The notes beneath the pieces were generated by a model, which was not told the origin of the DNA, ran no database searches, and saw nothing but the letters and a program-made list of their open reading frames with translations. A stretch of DNA of 48,255 nt from an uncultured Candidatus Saccharibacteria bacterium (GTDB taxonomy: Bacteria; Patescibacteriota; Minisyncoccia; Minisyncoccales; UBA1441), in the NCBI GenBank assembly GCA_964386365.1, contig CAYLQR010000014.1:1-48255 (forward strand), in the 5' to 3' direction. This document shows positions 33,269 through 43,863 of the stretch, one piece after another (position 1 is the stretch's first letter; the number at the start of each line of letters is the position of its first letter). Position numbers and translations under genes: made by a program.

Positions 33269-36001
33269 ATGTTTAATTCCAATCATTTTCGTTTCAATTT
33301 AGGACCGGCGGAAATTGCTTCTCTGATCCTCATTATTCTCCTTTTGGCAACTGGTTCGACTTTAATTATTCGTTATTACCATGCTCATAATCGAGATCTG
33401 GTTCGGGAAGAAAATTTCCAAACTCTTTTTCAATCTTTGAATCGTTATTACATTGATCACGGCTATTATCCAAAGAGAGATAGTGGCGCTCGTTTAGAAG
33501 AAGATTTCGGTTTACAAGCTGAACTCCATAATTATTTAGGAGGAAGCATTCCTCAAGATCCTCTTTATCCGAAGAATTACGAGATGGGGGATATTACAGA
33601 AACTTATTGTTACTTTTATCAGACTAAAGATGGGGGCGGTGATTATCATCTTTTTGCTAAAAGAGAAACTAAGAATAATTTTGTTGAAGTTTATTCCCCT
33701 AATGGACATGATATTGCTTGGACTGGCAGTCAACCTTTAGCAACTGTTATTAATAATGCTGACCAGCCTTTTGTTTCTTCTGATCCTTCAACTATCCAAG
33801 TTCAAACTTCTTCCAAGATTAAAGTTGGTGGTTTGACTTCTAATTTAGCGGCTAATAAAGTTTCCGTTAATTCTCAAGGAGAGAACGACAGTATTTTTGG
33901 CTGGCTAAAGAATCTTGATCTTTCTTCAGCTAATCAGATTAATTTTGATCTTCAGCAGAGTGAAGTGGGAAAAAACGTTTTGGCTTTTTTTGAAGGTTCT
34001 CAATTTTTGTCTTCAGGAGAAGACAAGGTTCGGGACATAATTGAAGATGATCAATATATTTATTTAGCTTTAGAAACTTCTCCAGCTAAAGTATTACGAA
34101 TTTCTAAAGCTGATTTTTCGACAGCTACTAGTAAAACTTTAGCTGAGGGGGAAAGTTTGGCCCAAGTTTTAACTCAAGACGACCATTACCTTTACATCGG
34201 CTTAAATACTCAGCCAGGAAAAGTAGTCCAGTTGTCGAAAGATGATTTTCTGACTAGTCGAACAAAAGTTTTAGGGGCTAATCAGGGAGGAGTTAAAGCT
34301 TTGGCTGAAGACGAAGACTTTATTTACGCTGGTTTGGATACTGATCCTGGCCAGGTAGTAAAAATTAATAAAGAAACCTTTTTAACTAGTATTTTGACTC
34401 TTAAAGAAGGAGAATCTTCAGTTCAGGCTTTAGTTGAAGAGGGAGATTATCTTTACGCTGGTTTAAAAACAGCTCCCGGAAAAGTCGTTCGCATTGGAAA
34501 AGAAGATTTTTCAACCCAAGTTAAGACTTTTGCTTTGGGAGAAGATTATGTTTATGGTTTGACTCAAGACAGTGAGCATCTCTATGCTGCTTTGGCTACT
34601 AATCCGGCTAGAATGGTCCGAGTGGCTAAAGATGATTTTTCGGCGGTTACAAAAGTTCTTGAGCAACGTCAATCCTGGGGGGCAGATATTAGTGGAGATG
34701 AAAATTATCTTTATTTAGCTTTGGCTACTTCTCCAGCTCAGGTCGCCCGAATTTCAAAAGAAGATTTTTCTCTTCGAGTGCTCGGTTTAGGTTCTCAAGA
34801 GAATTCTGCTCAGGCAGTTCTAGCTTCAGGCCCTTATCTTTACATTGGCTTGGATACTATCCCTGGAAAAGTCGTTCGAATTAAGAAAACTGATTTTGAT
34901 CGAACTGGCTATGCTCCAGACGAAGAAGTTAAAACTTTAATTGGCTCGGCTGAAAACTTATCAGCGATGGTTCAGGATCGAGATTATATTTACATTAGTT
35001 TGGCAACTTCTCCGGCGATGATTGTTAAGGTTAATAAAGAGGACTTTTCCCAAATGTTTTCTCGGCTCTTACCTTTGGAGGCAAACGAGATGACTGATTT
35101 GATTCAAGACGAAGATTATCTTTATGCTCCTCTTCATGCTTCTCCGGGCCGAGTAGTTAAAATTAAGAAAGAAGATTTCAGTTTAGATCTCTATCCTTTG
35201 GGTTCTTTCTTGGGTTATCCCCAGACTATTACTCAAGACAGCGACTATCTTTATTTAGGATTGGACGTCTACCCGGGCCGAGTAGTTCGAATGAGCAAGA
35301 CTGATCCGAATGATATTCGGAGCTTAGTTTTGCCGGAAGGCTGCGATCGAGCTCGAGGAATAGTCCAAGATGACCAATATCTTTATCTTGGTTTGACCGG
35401 TGAACCGGCTGGAATGGTTCGGGTTAACAAGGACGATTTCTTAACGATTAAAATTAAATTCCTAGAATCTGGTCAGGAGAATATTACTTGTTTGATTCAA
35501 GACGACCAATATCTTTATCTTGGTTTAGATACAAAGCCAGGTCAGGTAGTCCGTTTAGCGAAGAATGATTTTGAAACAACCATTGCCAAGGTTTTTGAGC
35601 CAGGAGAAGATCGAGTTTTTTCTTTGGCTCAGACCAATGAGTTTGTTTACGCTGGCTTGGGAACTGAACCAGCTAAGATTATTCGTCTTAATAAAAGCAA
35701 CTTGTCTGCTTTGAGTAAGACTTTAGCTGAAGGAGAAGATAATTGTCAGGCAATTCTTTTAGACGCTGATTTTCTTTATCTTGGCTTGAGGACCAGTCCT
35801 TCCCAATTAGTTCGCCTTTTAGACTTAGAAATGATTCCGGAAGTGAAGAAAGCTGATAATTTTCAGCGTTATAGTTTTTCTCTAACTTCCTTGTCAGATC
35901 GTCAAAGGCAGAAAGACCGCTATAATAAAATGGTTTTTCATCCCTATAATCAAGCAAGCGGTTTCACTTTCTATTTGGATAACATTACTTACAGCGAATA
36001 A
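33269..36001 (+). CDS. Giant pilin-like protein: N-terminal hydrophobic helix plus pseudopilin-type head fused to 14 propeller-type repeats
   Basis: N-terminus FNLGPAEIASLILIILLLATGSTLII, followed by NRDLVREENFQTLFQSLNRYYIDHGYYP and IPQDP...YCYFYQ..DYHLFAKRE (pilin/pseudopilin pattern). Then 14 repeats of ~43 aa. Confidence 0.6.
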   Translation: MFNSNHFRFNLGPAEIASLILIILLLATGSTLIIRYYHAHNRDLVREENFQTLFQSLNRYYIDHGYYPKRDSGARLEEDFGLQAELHNYLGGSIPQDPLYPKNYEMGDITETYCYFYQTKDGGGDYHLFAKRETKNNFVEVYSPNGHDIAWTGSQPLATVINNADQPFVSSDPSTIQVQTSSKIKVGGLTSNLAANKVSVNSQGENDSIFGWLKNLDLSSANQINFDLQQSEVGKNVLAFFEGSQFLSSGEDKVRDIIEDDQYIYLALETSPAKVLRISKADFSTATSKTLAEGESLAQVLTQDDHYLYIGLNTQPGKVVQLSKDDFLTSRTKVLGANQGGVKALAEDEDFIYAGLDTDPGQVVKINKETFLTSILTLKEGESSVQALVEEGDYLYAGLKTAPGKVVRIGKEDFSTQVKTFALGEDYVYGLTQDSEHLYAALATNPARMVRVAKDDFSAVTKVLEQRQSWGADISGDENYLYLALATSPAQVARISKEDFSLRVLGLGSQENSAQAVLASGPYLYIGLDTIPGKVVRIKKTDFDRTGYAPDEEVKTLIGSAENLSAMVQDRDYIYISLATSPAMIVKVNKEDFSQMFSRLLPLEANEMTDLIQDEDYLYAPLHASPGRVVKIKKEDFSLDLYPLGSFLGYPQTITQDSDYLYLGLDVYPGRVVRMSKTDPNDIRSLVLPEGCDRARGIVQDDQYLYLGLTGEPAGMVRVNKDDFLTIKIKFLESGQENITCLIQDDQYLYLGLDTKPGQVVRLAKNDFETTIAKVFEPGEDRVFSLAQTNEFVYAGLGTEPAKIIRLNKSNLSALSKTLAEGEDNCQAILLDADFLYLGLRTSPSQLVRLLDLEMIPEVKKADNFQRYSFSLTSLSDRQRQKDRYNKMVFHPYNQASGFTFYLDNITYSE
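34046..35830 (+). repeat. 14 tandem ~128 nt (~43 aa) coding repeats
   Basis: Consensus D(D/E)xYLY(L/A)GLxTxPG(K/Q)VVR(I/L)xK(D/E)DFxxxxxxxLxxGExxxxxLxQ. The copies have diverged at the nucleotide level. Confidence 0.8.
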
Positions 36002-36366
36002 TGGGCAAACGGCTGGTTGCTAGCTTTGGTCACGCTTGGCAGGGCTTAAAGGAAGGCTGGAATCAAGAGCGTAATTTGCGTATTTTTGCTTGGGTGACAA
36101 TAATTGTTATCTTGGCAATGATTGTTTTCCAGACTTCTCTTTTGGAAAACGCTCTCTTGATTCTGACAATGGTTGTCATGTTTGGTTTGGAATTATTGAA
36201 TTCTCAGATTGAAAGATTTCTTAATTTAGCTGCTCCTCAACCAGCAGAAAAAGTAAGAAAAATTAAGGATCTTTCAGCTGGAGCGGTTCTTCTTGGCTCA
36301 ATTGGCGCCATTATTATTGGCTTCTTGATTTTTCTTCCCTATTTCTTAAAATTAATTGTGAAATGA
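36001..36366 (+). CDS. dgkA: Diacylglycerol/undecaprenol kinase family protein
   Basis: A 121 aa, 3-TM protein with FGHAWQGLKEGWNQERNLRI.. and LLNSQIE, typical of DgkA. ATGA overlap with the upstream stop. Confidence 0.75.
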   Translation: MGKRLVASFGHAWQGLKEGWNQERNLRIFAWVTIIVILAMIVFQTSLLENALLILTMVVMFGLELLNSQIERFLNLAAPQPAEKVRKIKDLSAGAVLLGSIGAIIIGFLIFLPYFLKLIVK

Positions 36367-37589
36367 GCGAAAAAAGATTTTTTTCTAGACAATTTTTTCT
36401 TCTTGGCTTACTTCTTTTCCTAATGGGAGGATTAATGGCTGTTGACCGCTTTTCCGGACCAGTTTCTTCTCCGGCAGCGGCGGCTGAGAAAACTAATTCT
36501 CCTGAATTAGAGGAAAGACTTCAGCTAGTTGAAGAGAAGCTTGAAAAGATAGAAAGGCGTCTTTCTTTGGCAGAAGGTTATCAAATTATTTCAGAGGAGG
36601 AAGAGAGAATCATGGTGGTCGAAAAGACTCTTCCTTCGGTGGTGAGCGTCGTTGCTTCTAAGAAAGTAGCTCTTTATTCTTCTTGGTTTGATTGGCCCGG
36701 TCTTTACAATCAACCAGAAGAAGAAAGGGAAATTAGCAGTGGGACTGGTTTCTTGGTGACTAAAGAAGGAATGATTTTGACTAATAAACACGTGGTGGAA
36801 GACGAAGAAGCAAATTACACGGTTATTACCAATGAAGGGGAAAAATATTCAGCTGAAGTTTTGGCTAGAGATCCTTTTCAAGATTTAGCTTTGATTAAAA
36901 TAGAGGGAGAAGGATTCCAGCCAGTTACTTTAGGAGATTCTTCTGAATTAAAATTAGGAGAGAGCGTTATTTCTATTGGCAATGCTTTAGGAGAATTCCA
37001 GAATACGGTTTCTACTGGTATTATCTCCGGCTTAAGCCGAAATATTAATGCTTCTGGCGGAGGAAAAGTAGAAGCCTTAAATAATGTTATTCAGACTGAT
37101 GCAGCTATTAATGTTGGTAATTCTGGCGGTCCATTGCTTAATTTAAGAGGAGAAGTAATCGGGATTAATGTGGCTATGGCTCAATCAGCTGAGAATATTG
37201 CTTTTTCTATCCCCATTAATCAGGCGAAAAAGGCCATTCAGCAAGTAGAAGCTGAAGGGAAGATTATTTATCCTTATTTAGGAATCCGCTATCTGGCGGT
37301 TAACCAAGCAATTCAAGAGAAATATGAATTGGAAATGGATTCTGGGGCTCTCTTAGTTAGGGGGGATTCGGTTCTTGAACCGGCCGTTGATCCGAATTCA
37401 GCTGCCGATCAAATGGGATTGAAAGAAGGAGATATCATTTTAGAGATTGATGGTCAAAGAATTGATAATGATCATCTTTTAGGAGATTTAATTTCTGATT
37501 ATCAGCCCGGAGATAAAGTGGTCCTTAAGGTTTGGAGAGATGGGCAGATTAAAACCTTCTCTGGATCTCTAGGAAGTAAAGAAAGTTAG
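36363..37589 (+). CDS. htrA: HtrA/DegP-family serine protease with PDZ domain
   Basis: TNKHVV (His), D..LIKI (Asp), GNSGGPLLN (Ser), and a C-terminal PDZ (GLKEGDIILEIDG). Confidence 0.9.
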   Translation: MSEKRFFSRQFFLLGLLLFLMGGLMAVDRFSGPVSSPAAAAEKTNSPELEERLQLVEEKLEKIERRLSLAEGYQIISEEEERIMVVEKTLPSVVSVVASKKVALYSSWFDWPGLYNQPEEEREISSGTGFLVTKEGMILTNKHVVEDEEANYTVITNEGEKYSAEVLARDPFQDLALIKIEGEGFQPVTLGDSSELKLGESVISIGNALGEFQNTVSTGIISGLSRNINASGGGKVEALNNVIQTDAAINVGNSGGPLLNLRGEVIGINVAMAQSAENIAFSIPINQAKKAIQQVEAEGKIIYPYLGIRYLAVNQAIQEKYELEMDSGALLVRGDSVLEPAVDPNSAADQMGLKEGDIILEIDGQRIDNDHLLGDLISDYQPGDKVVLKVWRDGQIKTFSGSLGSKES

Positions 37590-37590
37590 T

Positions 37591-37618
37591 TTGACATTAA
37601 ACCTTTTTGTGTTAGAGT
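37591..37618 (+). promoter_or_regulatory. Putative clpB promoter TTGACA-N16-(TGt)TAGAGT
   Basis: Perfect -35 at 37591-37596 and an extended -10 ending at 37618. The ATG at 37627 is 8 nt downstream with no SD. Confidence 0.5.
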
Positions 37619-37626
37619 AAAAAGAT

Positions 37627-40290
37627 ATGCCTTACGGTAATTTAAACAATGGAGGAGAATTTACTTATAATTCTCAACAAGCGATTATTCAAGCTCGAAC
37701 GCTGGCTAATGATTTAGGTCAACAGCAAGTAGGAGAACTTCATCTTCTGGCGGCTCTTCTTCAGCAACCAGAAAGTATGGTTGTCCTCTGCTTTCAAAGT
37801 CAGGGCTTAGATGTTAATCAATTGCAAAAAGAAATAGAGAAAAAAATAGAGAAAAAACCGCCTTTGCTGGGAGCAGATTTCCCTTCAGCCGGCCGTTTCT
37901 ACTTAACGGAGGGCTTGGCTCAAATCTTGGCTCAAGCGAAAGAAGAATCCTTGAAAATGGGAGACCAATTTATTTCAACTGAGCATTTATTGTTAGCTCT
38001 TTTGGAAGTAGAGAGTGAAGCCAAAGAATTATTGGTTTCCGCTGGTCTTGAAAGAGAAGCCTTTCTTCAAGCTTTAGCAAAAATTAGGCAGGGTCAAGCA
38101 GTTAATGATCCTCATCCGGAAAGTAAGTATCAGATTATTAAAAAATATACTCGGAATCTAACTAATTTGGCCAAAGAAGGGAAATTAGACCCGGTTATTG
38201 GTCGGGAGGAAGAAATTCGAAGAGTGATGCAGATTTTATCCCGTCGGACTAAAAATAATCCGGCTTTGGTTGGAGAGGCAGGGGTTGGAAAAACAGCCAT
38301 TGCTGAAGGTTTGGCCCAAAAAATTGTTAAGGGCGAAGTTCCCCAATCTTTGAAAGAGAAAGAAGTTATCTCTTTAGATTTAGGAGCTTTAATTGCTGGG
38401 ACTAAATATCGGGGAGAGTTTGAGCATCGAATAAAAGGGCTTTTGGAAGAGATGAAGGGCTCGAATGGCCATTATCTCCTTTTTATTGATGAACTTCATA
38501 CTTTAGTAGGAGCAGGAGCGGCTGAAGGAGCAGTTGATGCCTCTAATCTTCTCAAGCCAGCTTTGGCTCGAGGAGAATTAAGAGCAATTGGGGCAACAAC
38601 TTCTGAAGAATATCGGAAATATATTGAAAAAGATCGGGCTTTGGAAAGAAGATTCCAAGTGGTCCGAGTTGTTGAACCAACGGTTGAAGATACGGTGACT
38701 ATTCTTCGAGGAATTAAAGAACGTTATGAGCTTCATCATGGAGTTCAGATTAGAGACGCTGCTCTTCAAAGCGCGGCTCATCTTAGCCATCGTTATATTT
38801 CTGACCGTTTTTTGCCTGATAAAGCAATTGATTTAATTGATGAAGCAGCTTCGGCTCTTCGTCTAGAAGTAGAGTCTGAACCAGAAGAATTAGACCATTA
38901 TCGTCAGGAGATAGCAAAATTAGAAGTAGAGAAGGAGGCCTTGAAAGACGAGAAGGATAAAAAATCTCAGCAGAGATCGAAGGCGGTTGATCGTCAATTA
39001 GCTGACCTTCGAGAAAAAGCCAATCAAATTGAAGGCCGTTGGCAAATGGAAAAAGAAATGATTGATCAAATTAAGTCTCTTCGAAATGAAATTGATCAAC
39101 TTTCTCACGAAACTGAATTGAATCGGACTGATTTGCGGAAAGTGGCAGAAATTAAATACGGGAAAATTCCGGAATTGAAAAAGAAATTAGCAGTAGCTGA
39201 AAAGAAATTAGTTCGCTTTCAAGAGAGAAGTTCTCTTCTGAAAGAAGAAGTTACTCCGGAGAAAATAGAAGAGGTTGTCTCTCGCTGGACGGGAATTCCA
39301 GTTACAAAATTAATGACTCCAGAGGCTAAAAAATTGAGTCAGATGGAGAAGATTCTTTCTCAAAAGATTGTTAGTCAGGAGAAAGCCGTTTCGGCTGTTT
39401 CTCGGGCAATCCGCCGAAGTCGGGCCGGAATTGCCGACCAGGATCGGCCTTTAGGGGTTTTCCTTTTCCTTGGACCAACTGGAGTTGGAAAGACAGAATT
39501 GGCTCGAGCCTTGGCTAATTTCCTTTTCAATGACGAAAAGGCAATGATTCGTTTAGATATGTCGGAATACATGGAAAAGCATAGTTTGGCGAAAGCCATT
39601 GGTTCTCCGCCGGGCTATGTTGGTTATGAAGAAGGAGGCCAATTGACTTCCCGAGTCAGAAATAATCCCTACAGTCTAGTTCTCTTAGATGAGATTGAAA
39701 AGGCTCACTCGGATTTCTTCAATCTTCTTCTCCAAATTTTTGATGAAGGAAGATTGACTGACTCTCAAGGAAGATTAGTTTCTTTCCGGAATACAATTAT
39801 TATTATGACTTCTAACCTTGGCTCGGATTTGATTTATGCGGAGAAGGGTCCTTTGGGTTTTCAGGAAAAGGAAGATGAGGAAAAAGGAATTGAAGAAAAG
39901 ATTAACGATCTTTTGAAAGAACATTTTCGACCGGAATTTCTTAACCGGCTTGATGAAATTGTCATTTTCCAGCATCTCCGAGAGGAAGAAGTTGCTAGGG
40001 TAGTTGAATTAGAATTGGAGAAAATTAAAGAAAGATTAGAGAGAAGCAAGGGAATTGTTCTTCAATTTACTCCGAGATTGAAAGACATTCTGGTTAAAGA
40101 AGGTTTTGACCGTGATTTAGGAGCCCGGCCGCTTAAGAGAAAAATTCAGCAATTAGTAATTGATCCTCTTTCTCTGGAAATTATTGCTGGGAAAGTAGGA
40201 GAGGGGAAAAAGGTGACGATTGATTATGTTCAAGGGGAAACTGTTTTCCAAGTTCGAGGGAAGAAAAGAAAAGTTTTGGCTCAGGTTTAA
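37627..40290 (+). CDS. clpB: Chaperone ATPase ClpB
   Basis: Clp N-domain, two AAA+ modules ([10 protein letters not shown]; [11 protein letters not shown]), and a long coiled-coil middle domain. Confidence 0.95.
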   Translation: MPYGNLNNGGEFTYNSQQAIIQARTLANDLGQQQVGELHLLAALLQQPESMVVLCFQSQGLDVNQLQKEIEKKIEKKPPLLGADFPSAGRFYLTEGLAQILAQAKEESLKMGDQFISTEHLLLALLEVESEAKELLVSAGLEREAFLQALAKIRQGQAVNDPHPESKYQIIKKYTRNLTNLAKEGKLDPVIGREEEIRRVMQILSRRTKNNPALVGEAGVGKTAIAEGLAQKIVKGEVPQSLKEKEVISLDLGALIAGTKYRGEFEHRIKGLLEEMKGSNGHYLLFIDELHTLVGAGAAEGAVDASNLLKPALARGELRAIGATTSEEYRKYIEKDRALERRFQVVRVVEPTVEDTVTILRGIKERYELHHGVQIRDAALQSAAHLSHRYISDRFLPDKAIDLIDEAASALRLEVESEPEELDHYRQEIAKLEVEKEALKDEKDKKSQQRSKAVDRQLADLREKANQIEGRWQMEKEMIDQIKSLRNEIDQLSHETELNRTDLRKVAEIKYGKIPELKKKLAVAEKKLVRFQERSSLLKEEVTPEKIEEVVSRWTGIPVTKLMTPEAKKLSQMEKILSQKIVSQEKAVSAVSRAIRRSRAGIADQDRPLGVFLFLGPTGVGKTELARALANFLFNDEKAMIRLDMSEYMEKHSLAKAIGSPPGYVGYEEGGQLTSRVRNNPYSLVLLDEIEKAHSDFFNLLLQIFDEGRLTDSQGRLVSFRNTIIIMTSNLGSDLIYAEKGPLGFQEKEDEEKGIEEKINDLLKEHFRPEFLNRLDEIVIFQHLREEEVARVVELELEKIKERLERSKGIVLQFTPRLKDILVKEGFDRDLGARPLKRKIQQLVIDPLSLEIIAGKVGEGKKVTIDYVQGETVFQVRGKKRKVLAQV

Positions 40291-40312
40291 CTATTTTTAG
40301 GAAAAGATAGGA

Positions 40313-40344
40313 AAAGGGCTTCTTCGGAAGCCCTTTGTCTTTTT
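40313..40344. terminator. Intrinsic terminator between convergent clpB and mscS
   Basis: AAAGGGCTTC-ttcg-GAAGCCCTTT followed by TGTCTTTTT. Confidence 0.7.
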
Positions 40345-40361
40345 ATTCTTAGGGATAATCA

Positions 40362-41447
40362 TTATTTTTGCTGAAGGTGGATTGTTTGAGTTGGATAGGC
40401 AAACTCAATTTTTTCTTTTTCTAATCGGCTTTTCAACTCAAGATTTATTTTCTGGCGAACATCCATAAATTGATTGTAATCGGCGGTTAAAACATAGTAA
40501 ACAACTTCAAAAATTAAGCTGGAATTTCCTAATTCTTTGAAGTGGGCCCGGCTTAAACGAGCGTCATTAAGATTCTCGAAGATATCTTCAATAATCGAGA
40601 GGATTTTCTTTAATTGAGAGGCAGTTGTTTTGTATTCTACCCCGAAATGGAAAGCAACTCTTCTCTCTTTCATCCTTTTGTAATTGTGGATTTTCTTAGA
40701 GGTCAATTCCTGATTAGAAATGATTAATTCTTCTCCGGTTAAAGCGGAAAGGCGAGTAGAGCGGAGGCCAATCCTTTGGATACTTCCGGCCTCTTCTCCG
40801 ATGGTTATAAAATCTCCTACCTGGAAGGGTTTGTCTAGATGAATGGAGAAATAGGCGAGAAAATCTCCAAGGACAGCTTGGAGGGCAAAGGCAATGGCGA
40901 CACCCCCAATTCCTAAGCTGGTGATTAAGGCGGTTACTTCAAAGCCGAGATTCTGGAGAAGGAGAAGGAGAGCAACCGTCCAAAGGAGAAAACGGAGAAC
41001 TTTATTAATTAAATTAATGAAAGAAAGATTGGTTTCTTCTCCCTTTTCTTTCCTTTCTTCTACTAATTTTTGAGTTCCGTAGTCAATAAATTTCTCACTA
41101 ATCTTAACGAGAGAGAAAACGATTATTATTAAGATGAAATAATTGAAGTAGCGGAAGAAAGTAGGCGGAAGAGTCAAAAAACGGCAAGCTATCCAAAGAG
41201 ATATTACTAAATAGAATAACCAATGAATGGAATGAAGACAGTTGAAAAGAAAATTATCAATTCGATTTTTTGTTTTCTGGCTTATTTTCTCTAATTTCTG
41301 CAAGGAAAAATGGCGGAGAAGGCGAAGGAATAAAAAAACTGCTCCTAAGGCTAAAAGGAAAAGAAAATAATTCTTTAAACTATTTCCCCAGAAGCGGTAA
41401 TGGAGAATTTGATTAAAGGTCGTTAAAAAAGTAGTCAAAAGAAGCAT
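40362..41447 (-). CDS. mscS: Mechanosensitive ion channel (MscS family)
   Basis: N-terminal TM helices, pore-lining helix ITSLGIGGVAIAFALQ, and beta-domain PFQVGDFI..G.I..IGLRST. Confidence 0.85.
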   Translation of the reverse strand: MLLLTTFLTTFNQILHYRFWGNSLKNYFLFLLALGAVFLFLRLLRHFSLQKLEKISQKTKNRIDNFLFNCLHSIHWLFYLVISLWIACRFLTLPPTFFRYFNYFILIIIVFSLVKISEKFIDYGTQKLVEERKEKGEETNLSFINLINKVLRFLLWTVALLLLLQNLGFEVTALITSLGIGGVAIAFALQAVLGDFLAYFSIHLDKPFQVGDFITIGEEAGSIQRIGLRSTRLSALTGEELIISNQELTSKKIHNYKRMKERRVAFHFGVEYKTTASQLKKILSIIEDIFENLNDARLSRAHFKELGNSSLIFEVVYYVLTADYNQFMDVRQKINLELKSRLEKEKIEFAYPTQTIHLQQK

Positions 41448-41500
41448 AAGTTTTTAAATTTCTTAAAATTACTATTTAATTTAAGTTATAACAAGAAAGA

Positions 41501-41524
41501 GTTTTTCTCGCAAGCTGGAAAAAC
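41501..41524 (-). terminator. Possible recG terminator hairpin
   Basis: On the minus strand, GTTTTTC-N10-GAAAAAC followed by a T-rich tract. It is weak. Confidence 0.35.
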
Positions 41525-41527
41525 GTT

Positions 41528-43591
41528 TTATTCTAAGTGGGTGGTTTTTCCTAGATTCTTTAATTTTTGGCGAAGAAGGGGCAAGCCTTTTAACTGAGGA
41601 TTTTCAGCTAATAGATTCATAGCTGCCCGGCGGGTTTTTTCAATTAGAGGAAGATTATTAAGATTGGCCATGGCTAAATCGGGAATTCCCCATTGGGAGA
41701 GGCCGTAAATATCTCCCGGTCCTCTTAATTTCAAGTCTTTTTCAGCTAAGGCAAAGCCATCGTGGCATTTGACTAAAGCTTGGAGTCGGCGACGGGCAGT
41801 AGCAGTAGCTGATTCAGTAAAAAGCAGGCAAAAAGAGGGGGCTGAAGAACGGCCGACTCTTCCTCTTAATTGATGGAGTTGGGCTAGACCAAATCTTTCT
41901 GCTCCTTCAATCATCATAATCGTTGCTTGGGGGATATCTAAGCCAACTTCAACGACTGAAGTTGAAACGAGAATTTGAAGGCGACCAGTTTGAAAATCGC
42001 GGAGAATTTTCCCTTTTTCTTTTGGTTTTAGGCGGCCGTGGAGAAGGCCAACTTTTAATTCTGGGAAAATATCTTGGGAGAGTTTTTTGTATTCTTCTTT
42101 AGCAGTTTTGACTTCTTCATCGCTTGATTCAATTCTTGGACAGACAATAAATGCCTGGTGGCCTTTCTTTATTTCTTGGCGTATAAATTGATAAGCAGCT
42201 GATCTCTCGCTTGGAGGAATAATTTTTGTTTCGACTGGTAAACGATTAGCTGGGATTTCTGTTAATCGAGAGAGGTCTAAATCTCCATAAAGAGTGAGAG
42301 CCAGAGTTCGGGGAATGGGGGTGGCGCTTAGGGAAAGAAAATGGGGGATCTTTTGCTGAAAGGAGTTTTCTTTTAATTGAGCCCGTTGGCGGACTCCAAA
42401 ACGATGTTGTTCGTCGATAATGACAAAAGCTAATTGGGGGAACTTCACTCGGTCTTGAATTAAAGAGTGAGTGCCAATTAAGAAATCTATTTTTCCTTGA
42501 GCTAATTTTTCCAATAATTCTTTAACTGGAAGCGAGCGGCTATTTAAATAACTAACTTCATTAGTTAGAAGGCCGATTTTGAGGCGGAATCCTTTAAAAA
42601 GTTGAATGAAAGTTTGGAAATGCTGTTGGGCTAAGACAGAAGTTGGAGCCATTAAAGCCGCTTGATAGCCAGCTTGGATAGTGTTTAAAAGGGCAATAGC
42701 GGCTACAATGGTTTTCCCCGAGCCAACGTCTCCTTCTAGAAGTCGGGACATTGGTTGAGGCTTTGATAAATCTTGAAGAATCTGCCAGGCTGCTTTCTTC
42801 TGGGAATCAGTTAGATTAAAGTTTAATGATTCAATTAGTTTTTTGGTTTTAGAAATATTGAGAGAAATGGGAAAAGCTGCTTGGGCCTTGTTTTCTAATT
42901 TTCTTTTTCCGGCTTGTAATTGAAGGAGGAATAATTCTTCAAAAGCAAAACGGAAGCGGGCTTTTTCGGCTTCCTTCTGACTAGTGGGAAAATGAATGGC
43001 GGCTAAAGCGGTTGGCAAATCTAAAAGCTTGTTTTCTTCTTTGACAGTTGAAGGAAGGGGGTCGTTTATTTTTCCCCGGCTTGGGAGAAGCGAGTGGATA
43101 ATATAACGGAGCCAGCGGGAGGTTAAACCTTTTGTTTCTGGGTAAACGGGGACTAAACGAGCTAAGTGAAGGGGTTTTTCTCCTTTTTTAACTTTTTCTT
43201 GGACGGGACTGCTAAGATGAAGACCATGTTTTCCTCTTTTTAGACGGCCAGCCAGATAAACTTCTTGCTCTAAAAGTTCTTCGGCTAAATAGGGTTGATT
43301 AAACCAAACAACTTTTAGAGTTCCGCTTTTATCTTGAAAGAGGGCTTCAGTAATAATAAAGCGGTGGTGGAAAGTAGGATGATTGCTAATAGAAGTAATT
43401 TTTCCTTTGAGGCAAAGCTTTTCTTTTTCTTTTGCTTTTTTAATTGAAGTAATTTTTGAAAGATCTTCATAACGGTGGGGGAAGTAGAAAAGAAGATCTT
43501 GGGCTGTTTGAAGACCAAGTTTTTTTAGTTTTTGACTGTAAGCTGAACCGATTCGAGGAATTAATTCAATGGGGGTTTCCGGCTTAATCAT
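41528..43591 (-). CDS. recG: ATP-dependent DNA helicase RecG
   Basis: Wedge/OB N-terminus, LTDSQKKA, GDVGSGKT (Walker A), DEQHRFG, and the TATPIPRTLAL motif. Confidence 0.95.
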   Translation of the reverse strand: MIKPETPIELIPRIGSAYSQKLKKLGLQTAQDLLFYFPHRYEDLSKITSIKKAKEKEKLCLKGKITSISNHPTFHHRFIITEALFQDKSGTLKVVWFNQPYLAEELLEQEVYLAGRLKRGKHGLHLSSPVQEKVKKGEKPLHLARLVPVYPETKGLTSRWLRYIIHSLLPSRGKINDPLPSTVKEENKLLDLPTALAAIHFPTSQKEAEKARFRFAFEELFLLQLQAGKRKLENKAQAAFPISLNISKTKKLIESLNFNLTDSQKKAAWQILQDLSKPQPMSRLLEGDVGSGKTIVAAIALLNTIQAGYQAALMAPTSVLAQQHFQTFIQLFKGFRLKIGLLTNEVSYLNSRSLPVKELLEKLAQGKIDFLIGTHSLIQDRVKFPQLAFVIIDEQHRFGVRQRAQLKENSFQQKIPHFLSLSATPIPRTLALTLYGDLDLSRLTEIPANRLPVETKIIPPSERSAAYQFIRQEIKKGHQAFIVCPRIESSDEEVKTAKEEYKKLSQDIFPELKVGLLHGRLKPKEKGKILRDFQTGRLQILVSTSVVEVGLDIPQATIMMIEGAERFGLAQLHQLRGRVGRSSAPSFCLLFTESATATARRRLQALVKCHDGFALAEKDLKLRGPGDIYGLSQWGIPDLAMANLNNLPLIEKTRRAAMNLLAENPQLKGLPLLRQKLKNLGKTTHLE

Positions 43592-43602
43592 CCTTTTCCC
43601 TT

Positions 43603-43863
43603 TTAGTTGTATAGATTGCTATGAGTGTCAATTATAATAAATTCTATCGTATTATCATTTAAATAGTAGTAGAGGGCGCGATAATCTCCTGTTATGTTTA
43701 TGCTCCGGAAATCTTTCCATTCTTCGTGCAGGGCGTGGTTTTCCAACAAAGGATGATAAGGATTTTCGAGCAACAGCTTAAGTCTTTTCTGAAACTGGGT
43801 TTGTACTTTTTTGGAGCATTTTTTATAACTTTTGTCAAAGTTCTTATGAAAGACAACTCTCAT
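43603..43863 (-). CDS. YafQ/RelE-family type II toxin (mRNA interferase)
   Basis: F.KSYKK.., L.NHAL..EWKDFRSINITGDYRALY.., IIDTHSNLY, the typical YafQ-type core. The stop is 11 nt before the recG start. Confidence 0.8.
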   Translation of the reverse strand: MRVVFHKNFDKSYKKCSKKVQTQFQKRLKLLLENPYHPLLENHALHEEWKDFRSINITGDYRALYYYLNDNTIEFIIIDTHSNLYN

